A stretch of 64,000 nt of DNA from a virus. The stretch covers positions 1 to 64,000 of IMG/VR virus record IMGVR_UViG_3300042301_002266; one strand, 5' to 3'. The notes beneath the pieces are model-generated. The model was not told the origin of the DNA, did no database searches, and worked only from the letters and a program-made list of their open reading frames with translations. This document shows, one piece after another, positions 50,412 to 59,392 of this stretch (positions within the stretch are counted from its first letter, which is position 1; each line of letters starts with the position of its first letter). Both the position numbers and the translations under genes were made by a program.

Positions 50412-50572
50412 AGCTTTATAAGTCAAAATCATGGCTTACCAAGAGGTACGTTTTAGATAAAAAGACAATAGAAGAGATTGCAAAAGAATGCGAAACTAGT
50501 CACCAAACGATATACAGACATCTGGTAGAATATGGTTTAATCAAAAATCAAAGAACATGGAAAAAAAGATGA
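50408..50572 (+). CDS. Small HTH protein (54 aa, not in ORF track)
   Basis: MKLYKSKSWLTKRY...TIEEIAKECETSHQTIYRHL; GTGA and ATGA coupling at both ends. Confidence 0.75.
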   Translation: MKLYKSKSWLTKRYVLDKKTIEEIAKECETSHQTIYRHLVEYGLIKNQRTWKKR

Positions 50573-51594
50573 AGTTAAATTTAACAGGAGTAAACCTTCA
50601 TAAGGGATTTAAGAATCAGGATATGGGATATCCAACTGCTGCTGCAAACATGGCTCAGGGCTTTGTTGATAATGGATTTAAGATATCTAATTTTGATTTA
50701 AATTCTAAAGTTAATATCTCGTTTGCCACACCAAATCAACACATAATGTTTTCTGGAGCGTATAATATTTTATATTCTTCTCACGAAACAACAGAGATAT
50801 CAGATTACTGGGCTGAGTGTTTGAATAAGGGTGACGAAGTTTGGGCAGCATCAACATGGACTGCAGATGTATTCAGGAAAAAGGTTGATAAGCCAATCAA
50901 TGTTTATCCTCATGGTGTGTCTGGAAAGTTTGTCCCAGCAAAAAGAAAACTAAGAGAAGATAAATTTTTCTTTTTACATACTGGAGAGCCTTATGTTCGT
51001 AAAGGTGGACAGGTAGCAGTTGAAGCTTTCTTAGAAGAGTTTGCAGACAACGAAGATGTAATTATGATTATCAAAGCCTATGATCGTGGTCATACAATTC
51101 TTGTTGATGATGGAACAGGAAAAAAAGTTGCACCAGAAGTAGCTTATAAGAATGTTAAAACAATTAAACAGTCTTTAGGATTTAATGACTATCTTAAGAT
51201 GTTGCATAACACACATTGCCTTGTGTATCCGTCATGGGGTGAGGGGTTTGGAATGATGCCACTAGAAGCAATGGCAACGGGTCTACCAACAATTACAACT
51301 TGGGAATGGGCAGAATATAAAGACCTAATTGATTATAAGATTGATAGCACATTGTCTGATGTACCAGATGGCTTACCAGAATACCTTACAGACACTTATC
51401 TGGGAAAAATCTATCTTCCAGATATTAACTCTATAAGATATAATATGAAACAGGTTTATGAAAACAAGGAAGAAGAGTTTAAGAAATCTTTTGACAAGTC
51501 TATTGAAGTACACAAACAATGGAACTGGGAAGATATAACTGCTAAACATGCGGTACCAAGAATTAAAGAAATATATGGAGAGTTAAATGTTTGA
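50569..51594 (+). CDS. Glycosyltransferase GT4 (paralog of 539..1489)
   Basis: MGY, HET, PHGV, RKG and YPSWGEGFGMMPLEAMATG. Confidence 0.88.
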   Translation: MKLNLTGVNLHKGFKNQDMGYPTAAANMAQGFVDNGFKISNFDLNSKVNISFATPNQHIMFSGAYNILYSSHETTEISDYWAECLNKGDEVWAASTWTADVFRKKVDKPINVYPHGVSGKFVPAKRKLREDKFFFLHTGEPYVRKGGQVAVEAFLEEFADNEDVIMIIKAYDRGHTILVDDGTGKKVAPEVAYKNVKTIKQSLGFNDYLKMLHNTHCLVYPSWGEGFGMMPLEAMATGLPTITTWEWAEYKDLIDYKIDSTLSDVPDGLPEYLTDTYLGKIYLPDINSIRYNMKQVYENKEEEFKKSFDKSIEVHKQWNWEDITAKHAVPRIKEIYGELNV

Positions 51595-51850
51595 ATATAA
51601 AGATAAAGAAAAGTTTCACATTGAAGTAGATCAGGTAAATCATCCTGAGCATTATACATCTGATCCGTCTGGGGTAGAGTGTATTCAGATTACAAGACAC
51701 AGAAACTTTAATATTGGAAATGCCTTTAAGTACCTATGGAGAGCTGGCATTAAAGATGATAGAAAGCAAATAGAAGACTTGCAGAAAGCAATCTTTTATA
51801 TCAATGATGAAATTAATAGACTAGAAGGAAAATACAATGCCAACGTATGA
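51587..51850 (+). CDS. DUF3310 family protein (T7 gp1.7-like nucleotide kinase domain)
   Basis: VNHP.HY...ECI...GNAFKYLWR...EDL.KA. Confidence 0.8.
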   Translation: MFEYKDKEKFHIEVDQVNHPEHYTSDPSGVECIQITRHRNFNIGNAFKYLWRAGIKDDRKQIEDLQKAIFYINDEINRLEGKYNANV

Positions 51851-52010
51851 GTATACCTGTATTGAATGTGATAAGACTATTACAAAGTCAAATGTTAGGG
51901 TAGATGACAGAGATCATCAGCAATGTGGAGAATGTGAAAATGTTCTTACAAGAAGTTGGACAGTTGGACACGTTTCTGTTTGGGCTCCAACATCTGGTGG
52001 ATATCGTTAA
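51837..52010 (+). CDS. FmdB-family zinc ribbon protein (57 aa, not in ORF track)
   Basis: MPTYEYTCIEC...CGEC. Confidence 0.8.
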   Translation: MPTYEYTCIECDKTITKSNVRVDDRDHQQCGECENVLTRSWTVGHVSVWAPTSGGYR

Positions 52011-52279
52011 TGTCAAAAAGAAAGGTACAGTTAAAGTATAATCCTAATTGGGATGTTAAGTTTGAATACCAGCATGGAAAAGATACTATTGTGCCAGGAA
52101 CATTAGTTAAAATAAAGAATGTTCGTGGGGAATTTAAGTTTGAAAAGTATGTCAAAAATATAGAATCAGGTATGGAATGGATTGATGTTATTGGCAATAC
52201 AGGATACAGATCCTTTTATTTGCACGACTTTAAGGGTATAATTAAACCTAAGAAGAAAAGGATTAAAAAAGATGTCTGA
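52010..52279 (+). CDS. Hypothetical SH3-like protein
   Basis: TAATG coupling; G..VKIK..RG.FKF motif. Confidence 0.55.
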   Translation: MSKRKVQLKYNPNWDVKFEYQHGKDTIVPGTLVKIKNVRGEFKFEKYVKNIESGMEWIDVIGNTGYRSFYLHDFKGIIKPKKKRIKKDV

Positions 52280-52787
52280 AATTGAACTAGCTAATCGCTG
52301 GGAAAACATTAACAGAGTTGCAGAAGAGTTTTTGAGGGGAAATACAAACCCTACAGTTATTGCTAAAGCAACAGGCTTTAAAAGGGCTGAGGTTATTGAG
52401 TACCTTGATGAATGGCGTATGGTTATTCGTAGCGATAGACAAGTTCAAGTTCGTGCTCGTGAAGCACTAGCAGGAGCAGACCAACACTACTCAATGCTTA
52501 TCAAAGAAGCATGGGAAGTTATTGAAGAAGCCAAGAGGCAGGGTCAACTTCCTCAACAGACTGCAGCATTAAAGCTAGTAGCAGATGTTCAGCAAAAGCA
52601 AATTGATATGTTACAAAAAGCAGGTATGCTTGACAACAATGAGATGGCAGAAAAGATTGTAGAAACAGAAGAAAAACAACACGTTCTTGTAGAAATTATT
52701 CGTGATGTTGTTTCAGGCTGTGAAAGATGTAAGCCAATTGTGTTTGGAAAACTTAGCAAAGTAACAGGTCAAGCAGAGGAAATTTAA
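52272..52787 (+). CDS. Probable terminase small subunit
   Basis: N-terminal HTH and helical body; coupled to terL. Confidence 0.6.
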   Translation: MSEIELANRWENINRVAEEFLRGNTNPTVIAKATGFKRAEVIEYLDEWRMVIRSDRQVQVRAREALAGADQHYSMLIKEAWEVIEEAKRQGQLPQQTAALKLVADVQQKQIDMLQKAGMLDNNEMAEKIVETEEKQHVLVEIIRDVVSGCERCKPIVFGKLSKVTGQAEEI

Positions 52788-54568
52788 TGTTTGAAGATAT
52801 TATTGATCTTCTTGGTGGCGAAGAGTTTGAAGAAAAGCCAGTTCAGCTAGAAGAATTTGTTACATCTGAAGACTTCTTAGGTCTACCACCTCTTTCCAAG
52901 TATCAATATGATGCTATTAAAGCAATGAGTCAAATTTATAAAAAACAAACTTTAATAAACTTGTATGGAGAACAAATAGGAACAAAGATATGGAATCAAA
53001 CATGTAATGAAGTTATCTTACAGTTAGGTAAGGGATCTGGTAAAGATTATATGTCAACAATTGCTGTATCCTATATGGTTTATTTACTACTGTGTTTAAA
53101 AGATCCTGCAAAGTACTTTGGTAAACCTCCAGGTGACTCTATTGATATTCTTAATATTGCTATTAACTCTGAACAGGCAAAGAATGTTTTCTTTAAAGGA
53201 TTTAAAACAAGACTAGATAAGTCACCCTGGTTTCAAGGAAGGTACACCCCAACTGCTGGTTCTGTTACTTTTGATAAAGGCATTACCTGTCATTCAGGTC
53301 ACTCTGAAAGAGAATCATTTGAAGGATACAACGTACTGTGTGTAATTCTTGATGAGATTTCAGGCTTTGCAACAGAATCAACTTCTGGCTCTGATCAGGC
53401 AAAAACTGCTTCTGCTATTTATGAAATGTATCGTGCATCTGTTGACTCTCGTTTTCCAGACTTTGGAAAGGTGGTTTTACTTTCTTTTCCTAGATATAAA
53501 AATGATTACATACAAACAAGATACGAATCTGTTATTGCAGATAAAACTGTTGAGATAAAAGAGCATACATTTAAGCTTGATGAAACAATAGATGATGGAG
53601 TTTCTTCTAATGAGTTTACTGTTGAATGGGAAGAAGATAAAATTAATGCTTACAAGTTTCCAAAGGTATTTGCATTACGCAGACCAACGTGGGAGATTAA
53701 TCCTACAAGAAGCATAGATGATTTTAAGATTGCATTCTATAAAAATTCAATTGATGCCTTGTCTCGTTTTGCTTGTATGCCACCTGATGCTGTTGATGCC
53801 TTTTTCCGTTCAAGAGAAAAGATTGAAACTTGTTTTAGTGGAACTAATGGTGTAGATTCAACAGGAAGATTCTTTGAGTCATTTAAACCACAAGAAGATA
53901 AAGAATACTATGTTCACGTTGACCTTGCACAAAAGCATGACCACTGTGCGGTAGCACTTGCACACGTTGATAAGTGGGTAACTCTTAGTACCTTTAATGA
54001 TCATGAAGTAATTAATCCATTTGTGGTTGTAGATGCAGTTAGATGGTGGACTCCAACAGCAGATAAGACAGTAGAGTTTAAAGATGTAAAGAATTATATT
54101 CTTGAGTTAAGATCACGAGGGTTTAGAATTAAAAAGGTAACATTTGATAGATGGAACTCATTTGACATCATGAATGAACTTAAATCCCTTGGAATGAATT
54201 CAGAAACATTGTCTGTAGCAAAGAAGCATTATGAAGATATGCAAATGCTTGTAGCAGAGGAAAGAATCTATGGACCAAGAATTGATTTGCTTGTAGATGA
54301 ACTATTGCAATTACGCATTATTCGTGATAAAGTTGATCACCCAAGAAAAGGTTCTAAGGATCTAGCAGATGCTGTTTGTGGTGCGATATACAACTCAATT
54401 CTAAACACTTCTCGTGGAACTAGAGAAATTGAAGTTCATACTTTTAGAGACTCAAGAGACACAAGCCATAAAGAAAAAGCAGATACTTTTTATCAAGAAC
54501 CAAAGAAAAGCATGAAGGACATGCCAAATGATATATCAGATTTCCTAAGTGGAATTGGTTTTATTTAG
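52787..54568 (+). CDS. terL: Terminase large subunit
   Basis: Walker A GKGSGKD, Walker B ILDE, nuclease HVDLA, FDRW and KDLADA. Confidence 0.92.
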   Translation: MFEDIIDLLGGEEFEEKPVQLEEFVTSEDFLGLPPLSKYQYDAIKAMSQIYKKQTLINLYGEQIGTKIWNQTCNEVILQLGKGSGKDYMSTIAVSYMVYLLLCLKDPAKYFGKPPGDSIDILNIAINSEQAKNVFFKGFKTRLDKSPWFQGRYTPTAGSVTFDKGITCHSGHSERESFEGYNVLCVILDEISGFATESTSGSDQAKTASAIYEMYRASVDSRFPDFGKVVLLSFPRYKNDYIQTRYESVIADKTVEIKEHTFKLDETIDDGVSSNEFTVEWEEDKINAYKFPKVFALRRPTWEINPTRSIDDFKIAFYKNSIDALSRFACMPPDAVDAFFRSREKIETCFSGTNGVDSTGRFFESFKPQEDKEYYVHVDLAQKHDHCAVALAHVDKWVTLSTFNDHEVINPFVVVDAVRWWTPTADKTVEFKDVKNYILELRSRGFRIKKVTFDRWNSFDIMNELKSLGMNSETLSVAKKHYEDMQMLVAEERIYGPRIDLLVDELLQLRIIRDKVDHPRKGSKDLADAVCGAIYNSILNTSRGTREIEVHTFRDSRDTSHKEKADTFYQEPKKSMKDMPNDISDFLSGIGFI

Positions 54569-54594
54569 TTGTATACTATTAGTATGGAGGTATT

Positions 54595-54966
54595 ATGTTT
54601 GACGAATTAAACAGCTTTGATGAAGAAGAATTTGATGAAGAAGAAATGTTTACCTACATGATTGAAAATGGTTACATAGAGATTGCTGGTATAGATCCAG
54701 ATGGTGACTTTGTTTATAAAATGACTAGAAAGATGGGAGAGCATTTTCCTGAAGTTTTTGAAGAGCATTTGGCTATTACTAATGCCCTGGTTTTTGATGT
54801 TTGGCAAAAGGGACTCCTTGAAGTTGTAATGAATCCTAATGGCACTTGGACCATTCAAGAAAACGAAAAAACAAGGAAGTTTGAAGATTATGAAAATGAT
54901 CTTACTAAAGAAGAATGGCTTTTAATGGCTGAAGTCAACGCTATGATTGACGAAAATAGTATATAA
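54595..54966 (+). CDS. Acidic hypothetical protein
   Basis: GGAGG SD and TATACT -10 upstream. Confidence 0.65.
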   Translation: MFDELNSFDEEEFDEEEMFTYMIENGYIEIAGIDPDGDFVYKMTRKMGEHFPEVFEEHLAITNALVFDVWQKGLLEVVMNPNGTWTIQENEKTRKFEDYENDLTKEEWLLMAEVNAMIDENSI

Positions 54967-54973
54967 TATTATT

Positions 54974-55930
54974 ATGAATGAATTAGAAAACCTACTAACA
55001 CCTGACGAAAAAGCCTTGCATGACGCATTAGTAGAAATTGCCCAACAATACGGAAAGTTTGATGAAGACGGTTCTGGAATTTGGGCAGGTTATGAATCTG
55101 CTGAAGAAAATGATGAAAAAGAAATTGGAGTCAAGTGCTCAAACTGTGCATTATATGCAGGTGGAAACGTCTGTGAGATTATTGCTTTTGAAGTAGAAGC
55201 TGAGGGCAAATGCAGACTAGCAGTAATCCCTGATGGCTATGTAAACATGTCTGGTCAAATGGATGATGACATGGACGATGATATGTCTAAAGCAGATATT
55301 AGTTTAACACCAACAGATGGAATGAAGTCAGCAGCCAGAAGAGCATTGGAATGGAAAAAAGAAGGTAGGCGTGGTGGAACCAGAGTTGGTTTAGCCAGAG
55401 CAAATCAAATTGTAAATGGAACAGAGCTATCAGAGTCTACTGTTGCTCGCATGTACTCATTCTTTTCACGTCACGAAGTTGATAAGAAAGCCACTGGATT
55501 TAGTTCTGGTGAAGAGGGGTTTCCAAGTCCAGGAAGAGTTGCATGGGATCTTTGGGGTGGAGATGCAGGATACTCATGGTCAACTGCTAAGTGGAACAGT
55601 ATTAAAAACAGAAGAGAAAACAAATCTGATACAATTGTAACCACGGAGGCAGACGCAGTACAAAAAAGAGATTACTCCCCTAAGCAACGCAGAGCAATGG
55701 CAGCAAGAGGTCAGGCAATGGCAGATGGATCTTTCCCAATTGCAGACAGAGCAGACCTATCAAACGCAATTCAATCGGTAGGTCGTGCTTCAAGTTATGA
55801 AGCAGCAAAGAGACACATTATTCGTAGAGCTCGTGCATTAGGTCTTACAGAGATGCTCCCAGAAGACTGGAAGAAGTCCATGAGCAAGTCAGCAAATTAT
55901 TCCGATTCAAGATTTATGAAGTATATGTAG
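54974..55930 (+). CDS. Three-domain head-associated protein (4-Cys domain; RVAWDLWGG domain; GSFPI/DUF6582-like domain)
   Basis: Domains resemble modules found fused to phage prohead proteases/portals. Leaderless start at 54974. Confidence 0.6.
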   Translation: MNELENLLTPDEKALHDALVEIAQQYGKFDEDGSGIWAGYESAEENDEKEIGVKCSNCALYAGGNVCEIIAFEVEAEGKCRLAVIPDGYVNMSGQMDDDMDDDMSKADISLTPTDGMKSAARRALEWKKEGRRGGTRVGLARANQIVNGTELSESTVARMYSFFSRHEVDKKATGFSSGEEGFPSPGRVAWDLWGGDAGYSWSTAKWNSIKNRRENKSDTIVTTEADAVQKRDYSPKQRRAMAARGQAMADGSFPIADRADLSNAIQSVGRASSYEAAKRHIIRRARALGLTEMLPEDWKKSMSKSANYSDSRFMKYM

Positions 55931-55932
55931 TT

Positions 55933-56508
55933 ATGGAATGGAAACTATTTAAAGATAGTTCTGAATACATTACTGCTGAATGGTACGAAGATCGTGATGC
56001 AGCACATCACCTAGAGCAACCAGGACATCGTGAAAGACTATTAGCTGCACATCAATTTGTATTAGATGCAATTGAAATGGGAGCAAAAACAGTTGTTGAT
56101 TTAGGTTGTGGTGATGGCGGTATGCTATCTCTACTTAAAGAAAGCAACATTAAATCTTGGGGATATGACCTAGCACCCAATAATATTAAACATGCAACTG
56201 AGGTTCGCAAAGTAGATGCTAGGTATACAGATTTTAATAATGACTCTACTATTGAGTATGCAGACATTGCAATTATGACAGAGGTTCTTGAGCATCTTGA
56301 AGACCCACATGGTGTTGTAAGAGACCTACCCTCAAAGTATTTAATTGCATCTAGTCCATATCACGAAACTGATAAAAATTATTACGAATTTCACTTGTGG
56401 GCTTGGGATGTTGTAGGGTATAATAATCTACTAGAAGACAACGGATACAAAGTTTTAAAAACAGAACTTATTGACGGTTCGCAAGTATTATTAGGAGTTA
56501 GGAAATGA
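55933..56508 (+). CDS. Class I SAM-dependent methyltransferase
   Basis: VVDLGCGDG and EVLEHLEDP. Confidence 0.85.
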   Translation: MEWKLFKDSSEYITAEWYEDRDAAHHLEQPGHRERLLAAHQFVLDAIEMGAKTVVDLGCGDGGMLSLLKESNIKSWGYDLAPNNIKHATEVRKVDARYTDFNNDSTIEYADIAIMTEVLEHLEDPHGVVRDLPSKYLIASSPYHETDKNYYEFHLWAWDVVGYNNLLEDNGYKVLKTELIDGSQVLLGVRK

Positions 56509-56717
56509 TGACAGAATCAAAAGAACGACAACTACAAATTGCAGATCGTTGTGACAGATGTGCAGCACAAGCCTTTGTTTTAGTTAAAGGTGTAACTGGA
56601 GAACTATATTTTTGCGGTCATCACTTTAAGAAAAATGAAGAAGCCTTAACTAAGTTTGCTTTTGAAATTGTTGATGAAAGAGATTTTATTAACGATCATT
56701 CTGCTTCTTCCGTATAG
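56505..56717 (+). CDS. Small Zn-binding protein
   Basis: DRCDRC.AQA...L.FCGHH, a motif I associate with Actinobacteria and actinophages. Confidence 0.7.
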   Translation: MMTESKERQLQIADRCDRCAAQAFVLVKGVTGELYFCGHHFKKNEEALTKFAFEIVDERDFINDHSASSV

Positions 56718-56721
56718 CAAA

Positions 56722-56802
56722 GGTAGAGTTGGGCAGGTGGTGAGCCCCATTGACTGTAAATCAATCGCTTTAGCTGTGTAGGTTCGATTCCTATCTCTAC
56801 CA
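56722..56802 (+). tRNA. tRNA-Tyr(GTA)
   Basis: Acceptor GGTAGAG/CTCTACC, anticodon arm ATTGA-CTGTAAA-TCAAT, TTCGATT T-loop; CCA not encoded. Confidence 0.88.
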
Positions 56803-56821
56803 CGATATAATTAAATATCAT

Positions 56822-56894
56822 TCCCCAATAGCTCAATTGGCAGAGCGTTAAACTGTTAATTTAAATGTTCCTGGTTCAAGTCCAGGTTGGGGAG
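56822..56894 (+). tRNA. tRNA-Asn(GTT)
   Basis: TCCCCAA/TTGGGGA acceptor; TTAAA-CTGTTAA-TTTAA anticodon arm. Confidence 0.9.
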
Positions 56895-56898
56895 CAAG

Positions 56899-56971
56899 CC
56901 CTTCGTAGCTCAGTGGATAGAGCAATAGGTTTCTACCCTACAGGTCGGGAGTTCGAATCTCTCCGAAGGGA
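56899..56971 (+). tRNA. tRNA-Arg(TCT)
   Basis: CCCTTCG/CGAAGGG acceptor, loop TTTCTAC, TTCGAAT T-loop. Confidence 0.88.
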
Positions 56972-57051
56972 CAATGTATAACTAAATAATCAGTCTTTTA
57001 ACTTTCTTTATGCTAGGATAGATATATAGCATTTTAAGGGGAGAAAAAAAA

Positions 57052-57558
57052 ATGAATATTTATAAAACAATTGTTGCATTTATTATTGCTTTTGCACTAA
57101 TTTTGTCAACATCAGTTACTGCAAATGCAGAAGAATCTGTTAGAAAAAAGGCTGACTTTAACCAATCTATTAAAAAAGATAGATGGGTAACTCTTAAGTT
57201 TAAAGGTAATAGCCACTTAAAAGGTAATGGAAATAGGTCTCTATTTTGCTACCAATCATCAATAAAAATGAAAGGCAAAAAGAAGCCTAAATATGTTAAG
57301 CTAAGACTGGTTAGGCTTAAGGGTGGTAATAATGATTCAACAGCCACCAATACATACTATGTGGGATCAAAGCCAAAAAGCACTTTAGTATTTTCAAATT
57401 GTTGGGTAATTGAAACAAATTCCCCAGTAGTTGTACAAATTAGAATTACTGGTGGGAGCAAGTCTTATACTTCAGATATGAGACAGTTTAAAATGTGGAC
57501 TCCAGGGGCTGATTATCCTGCAGATTTTTCTGACTTTATTCCAGAGGGTACACTTTAG
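57052..57558 (+). CDS. Secreted beta-rich protein (signal peptide), paralog of 58062..58451
   Basis: Sec signal ending ANA|EE; shared motifs including FKMW.P. Confidence 0.65.
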   Translation: MNIYKTIVAFIIAFALILSTSVTANAEESVRKKADFNQSIKKDRWVTLKFKGNSHLKGNGNRSLFCYQSSIKMKGKKKPKYVKLRLVRLKGGNNDSTATNTYYVGSKPKSTLVFSNCWVIETNSPVVVQIRITGGSKSYTSDMRQFKMWTPGADYPADFSDFIPEGTL

Positions 57559-57613
57559 GATATAATAAAGGTGGGAATTAATCCCTAATTTATTATGAAA
57601 AGAGTGGTTCTAA

Positions 57614-58003
57614 ATGGGTTTACCTATTAAGGGTGGTAAGGTTACAACACCTTACAAGAAGCTTGGAAAGATGTGGTCCAAGGGCTACCACACAGGAGTA
57701 GATTTTGCAGTTCCAACTGGAACAGACATCATTGCTGTTGCGGATGGCAAGATTGAAAATGCATCCTGGGGTGCCAGCTACGGCACACAGTTGGTACAAA
57801 AAGTTGAAGGTGGATGGGTAATCTATGCACACCTTTCAAAGGCTCTAGTCAAGGCTGGAGATAAAGTAAAGAAGGGTCAGCACATTGGTGAGTCTGGTAA
57901 TACAGGCAACTCCTCTGGTCCACATCTTCACTTTGAAATGAGAGATAACATTAGATGGAGTGCAGGTAAGGACATTGATCCTGCCAAGATTCTTGCATCT
58001 TAA
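57614..58003 (+). CDS. Stand-alone M23 family peptidoglycan endopeptidase
   Basis: HTGVDF, YAHL and GNTGNSSGPHLHFE. Confidence 0.92.
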   Translation: MGLPIKGGKVTTPYKKLGKMWSKGYHTGVDFAVPTGTDIIAVADGKIENASWGASYGTQLVQKVEGGWVIYAHLSKALVKAGDKVKKGQHIGESGNTGNSSGPHLHFEMRDNIRWSAGKDIDPAKILAS

Positions 58004-58015
58004 TTAAATAGTTTT

Positions 58016-58043
58016 AGCCCCTGACTTGATTTTGTCAGGGGCT
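58016..58043 (+). terminator. Hairpin after the M23 gene, overlapping the next promoter
   Basis: AGCCCCTGAC-TTGATTTT-GTCAGGGGCT; TTGATT-17-TATACT. Confidence 0.65.
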
Positions 58044-58061
58044 TCTGCTATACTGTTACAC

Positions 58062-58451
58062 ATGAGTGAATATGTATCATGGAAAGCTGGAGATCCAAAA
58101 ATAAAACCAGCACCCCAGAAAATTCGTCCTAAGACATGGACGCAGTTAGATTTTGGAGCACAAGATTCTATTGTTCCAAAAACCACAGGAATTGCAAACT
58201 GGGCTTTTTACATTAATGTATCAGAGCTTGGTGGAGCAACCGATATGAAGATTCGTTTTACTAGAAATATTGGAACTAAAGAAGCAGACTTTACAGGTCA
58301 AAGAATGCTTGATCTAAAGCTAGACAATATCCACAGTGGAACATGGTTTTTCAAAGCAAATAAAGGACAGCCAGTAGGTCTTGAAGTTTATCACGCAGGT
58401 AAAACAGATATGACAGTTATTACCCGTGAATTTAAAATGTGGATTCCTTAA
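58062..58451 (+). CDS. Beta-rich protein, paralog of 57052..57558 without a signal peptide
   Basis: Leaderless start 7 nt after TGCTATACT; ends REFKMWIP. Confidence 0.65.
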   Translation: MSEYVSWKAGDPKIKPAPQKIRPKTWTQLDFGAQDSIVPKTTGIANWAFYINVSELGGATDMKIRFTRNIGTKEADFTGQRMLDLKLDNIHSGTWFFKANKGQPVGLEVYHAGKTDMTVITREFKMWIP

Positions 58452-58514
58452 ACTATTGACATTAATTTATTGTTATGATAACATTTACTATAACAACACT
58501 TAATAAGGATTTTA

Positions 58515-58667
58515 ATGGATAAAGGATTTCAATACGACTTCTTTGCACAAGAATGGTCACACGTTTGTGGTGCCTGTAAAACTGAACTATATGCTCCAAC
58601 CAAAAAACACATGGAAGGCAACTTCTGGTTACACACCCACTCAAATGATTGTTTGGGTGGCTGGTAA
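58515..58667 (+). CDS. Small C2H2-like zinc protein (50 aa, not in ORF track)
   Basis: CGAC...LHTH..C; AAGGA SD; promoter TTGACA-17-TAACAT at 58456-58484. Confidence 0.65.
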   Translation: MDKGFQYDFFAQEWSHVCGACKTELYAPTKKHMEGNFWLHTHSNDCLGGW

Positions 58668-58915
58668 TGGCAGCAGGTAGTGCATCAGATATTCCAGATT
58701 CCAAGTCTGATTACTGTCCTTGCAATAGATGTACTCTAGCTCGTAAACAAGGCAGACAAGAAATTATTAGACTTGTTCGTGAATTACACACACCAGTAAC
58801 TGATGGTGGCTGCGGTGATCCTGAGTGTTGTTCTTCAAGTGATTCTGAAGAATTTTGTAGCGAGTGTAACAACTATGATTATCCCTGCTCAACTATTAAA
58901 GCATTAGAAGGATAG
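58667..58915 (+). CDS. Cys-rich small protein
   Basis: VRELH.P...C.EC....YPC.T motif seen in actinophage small proteins. Confidence 0.6.
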   Translation: MAAGSASDIPDSKSDYCPCNRCTLARKQGRQEIIRLVRELHTPVTDGGCGDPECCSSSDSEEFCSECNNYDYPCSTIKALEG

Positions 58916-58917
58916 AA

Positions 58918-59196
58918 ATGAATAAAACAGAATTAGAAAGCTTAATTTATTACGAAACAGATGAAGAGATTATGCTCATGGACGGATTTGAAGAAGCATT
59001 TATTGGTTTCTCTAGACGTTGTGGTCAACCTACGTTAGCAACTTATTCTTTTGACAAGATGATTCAGGTACTTGTTGAGCGTGATGACATGGACGTAATA
59101 GAAGCTGAAGAATATATTTCTTACAACTGTGCTGGTGCCTGGATGGGTGAACTAACCCCAGTTATTTTATATGAACATGGAGAGTATAATGGTTAA
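58918..59196 (+). CDS. Hypothetical phage protein
   Basis: DGF..A.IG...Y...EA.EY..YN..GA..G..TP motif. Confidence 0.7.
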   Translation: MNKTELESLIYYETDEEIMLMDGFEEAFIGFSRRCGQPTLATYSFDKMIQVLVERDDMDVIEAEEYISYNCAGAWMGELTPVILYEHGEYNG

Positions 59197-59392
59197 GGAA
59201 ACACCAAGAAAAAGTTATTTTATTAAGTCAACAGATGAACTAACTGATATTTATATAAATGGTCTAAGAACCTATGTTAAAAATCGTTTAGGTGAAACTG
59301 AGATGCACATGGAAGACTTTGCGGTAGAAGCAGCAAACTTTGCAGAATGTTTTTATGCAACAATGACTGCTCTGCCAAGGGACAATGCGTGA
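59189..59392 (+). CDS. Hypothetical protein
   Basis: GGAG SD; coupled ORF. Confidence 0.55.
   Translation: MVKETPRKSYFIKSTDELTDIYINGLRTYVKNRLGETEMHMEDFAVEAANFAECFYATMTALPRDNA

Noticed and set aside
40002-54568. Inteins or introns in dnaB, dnaE, recA, terL (and nrdJ)
   Set aside because: The proteins are of normal length, uninterrupted, and show no C...HN splice motifs or LAGLIDADG inserts.
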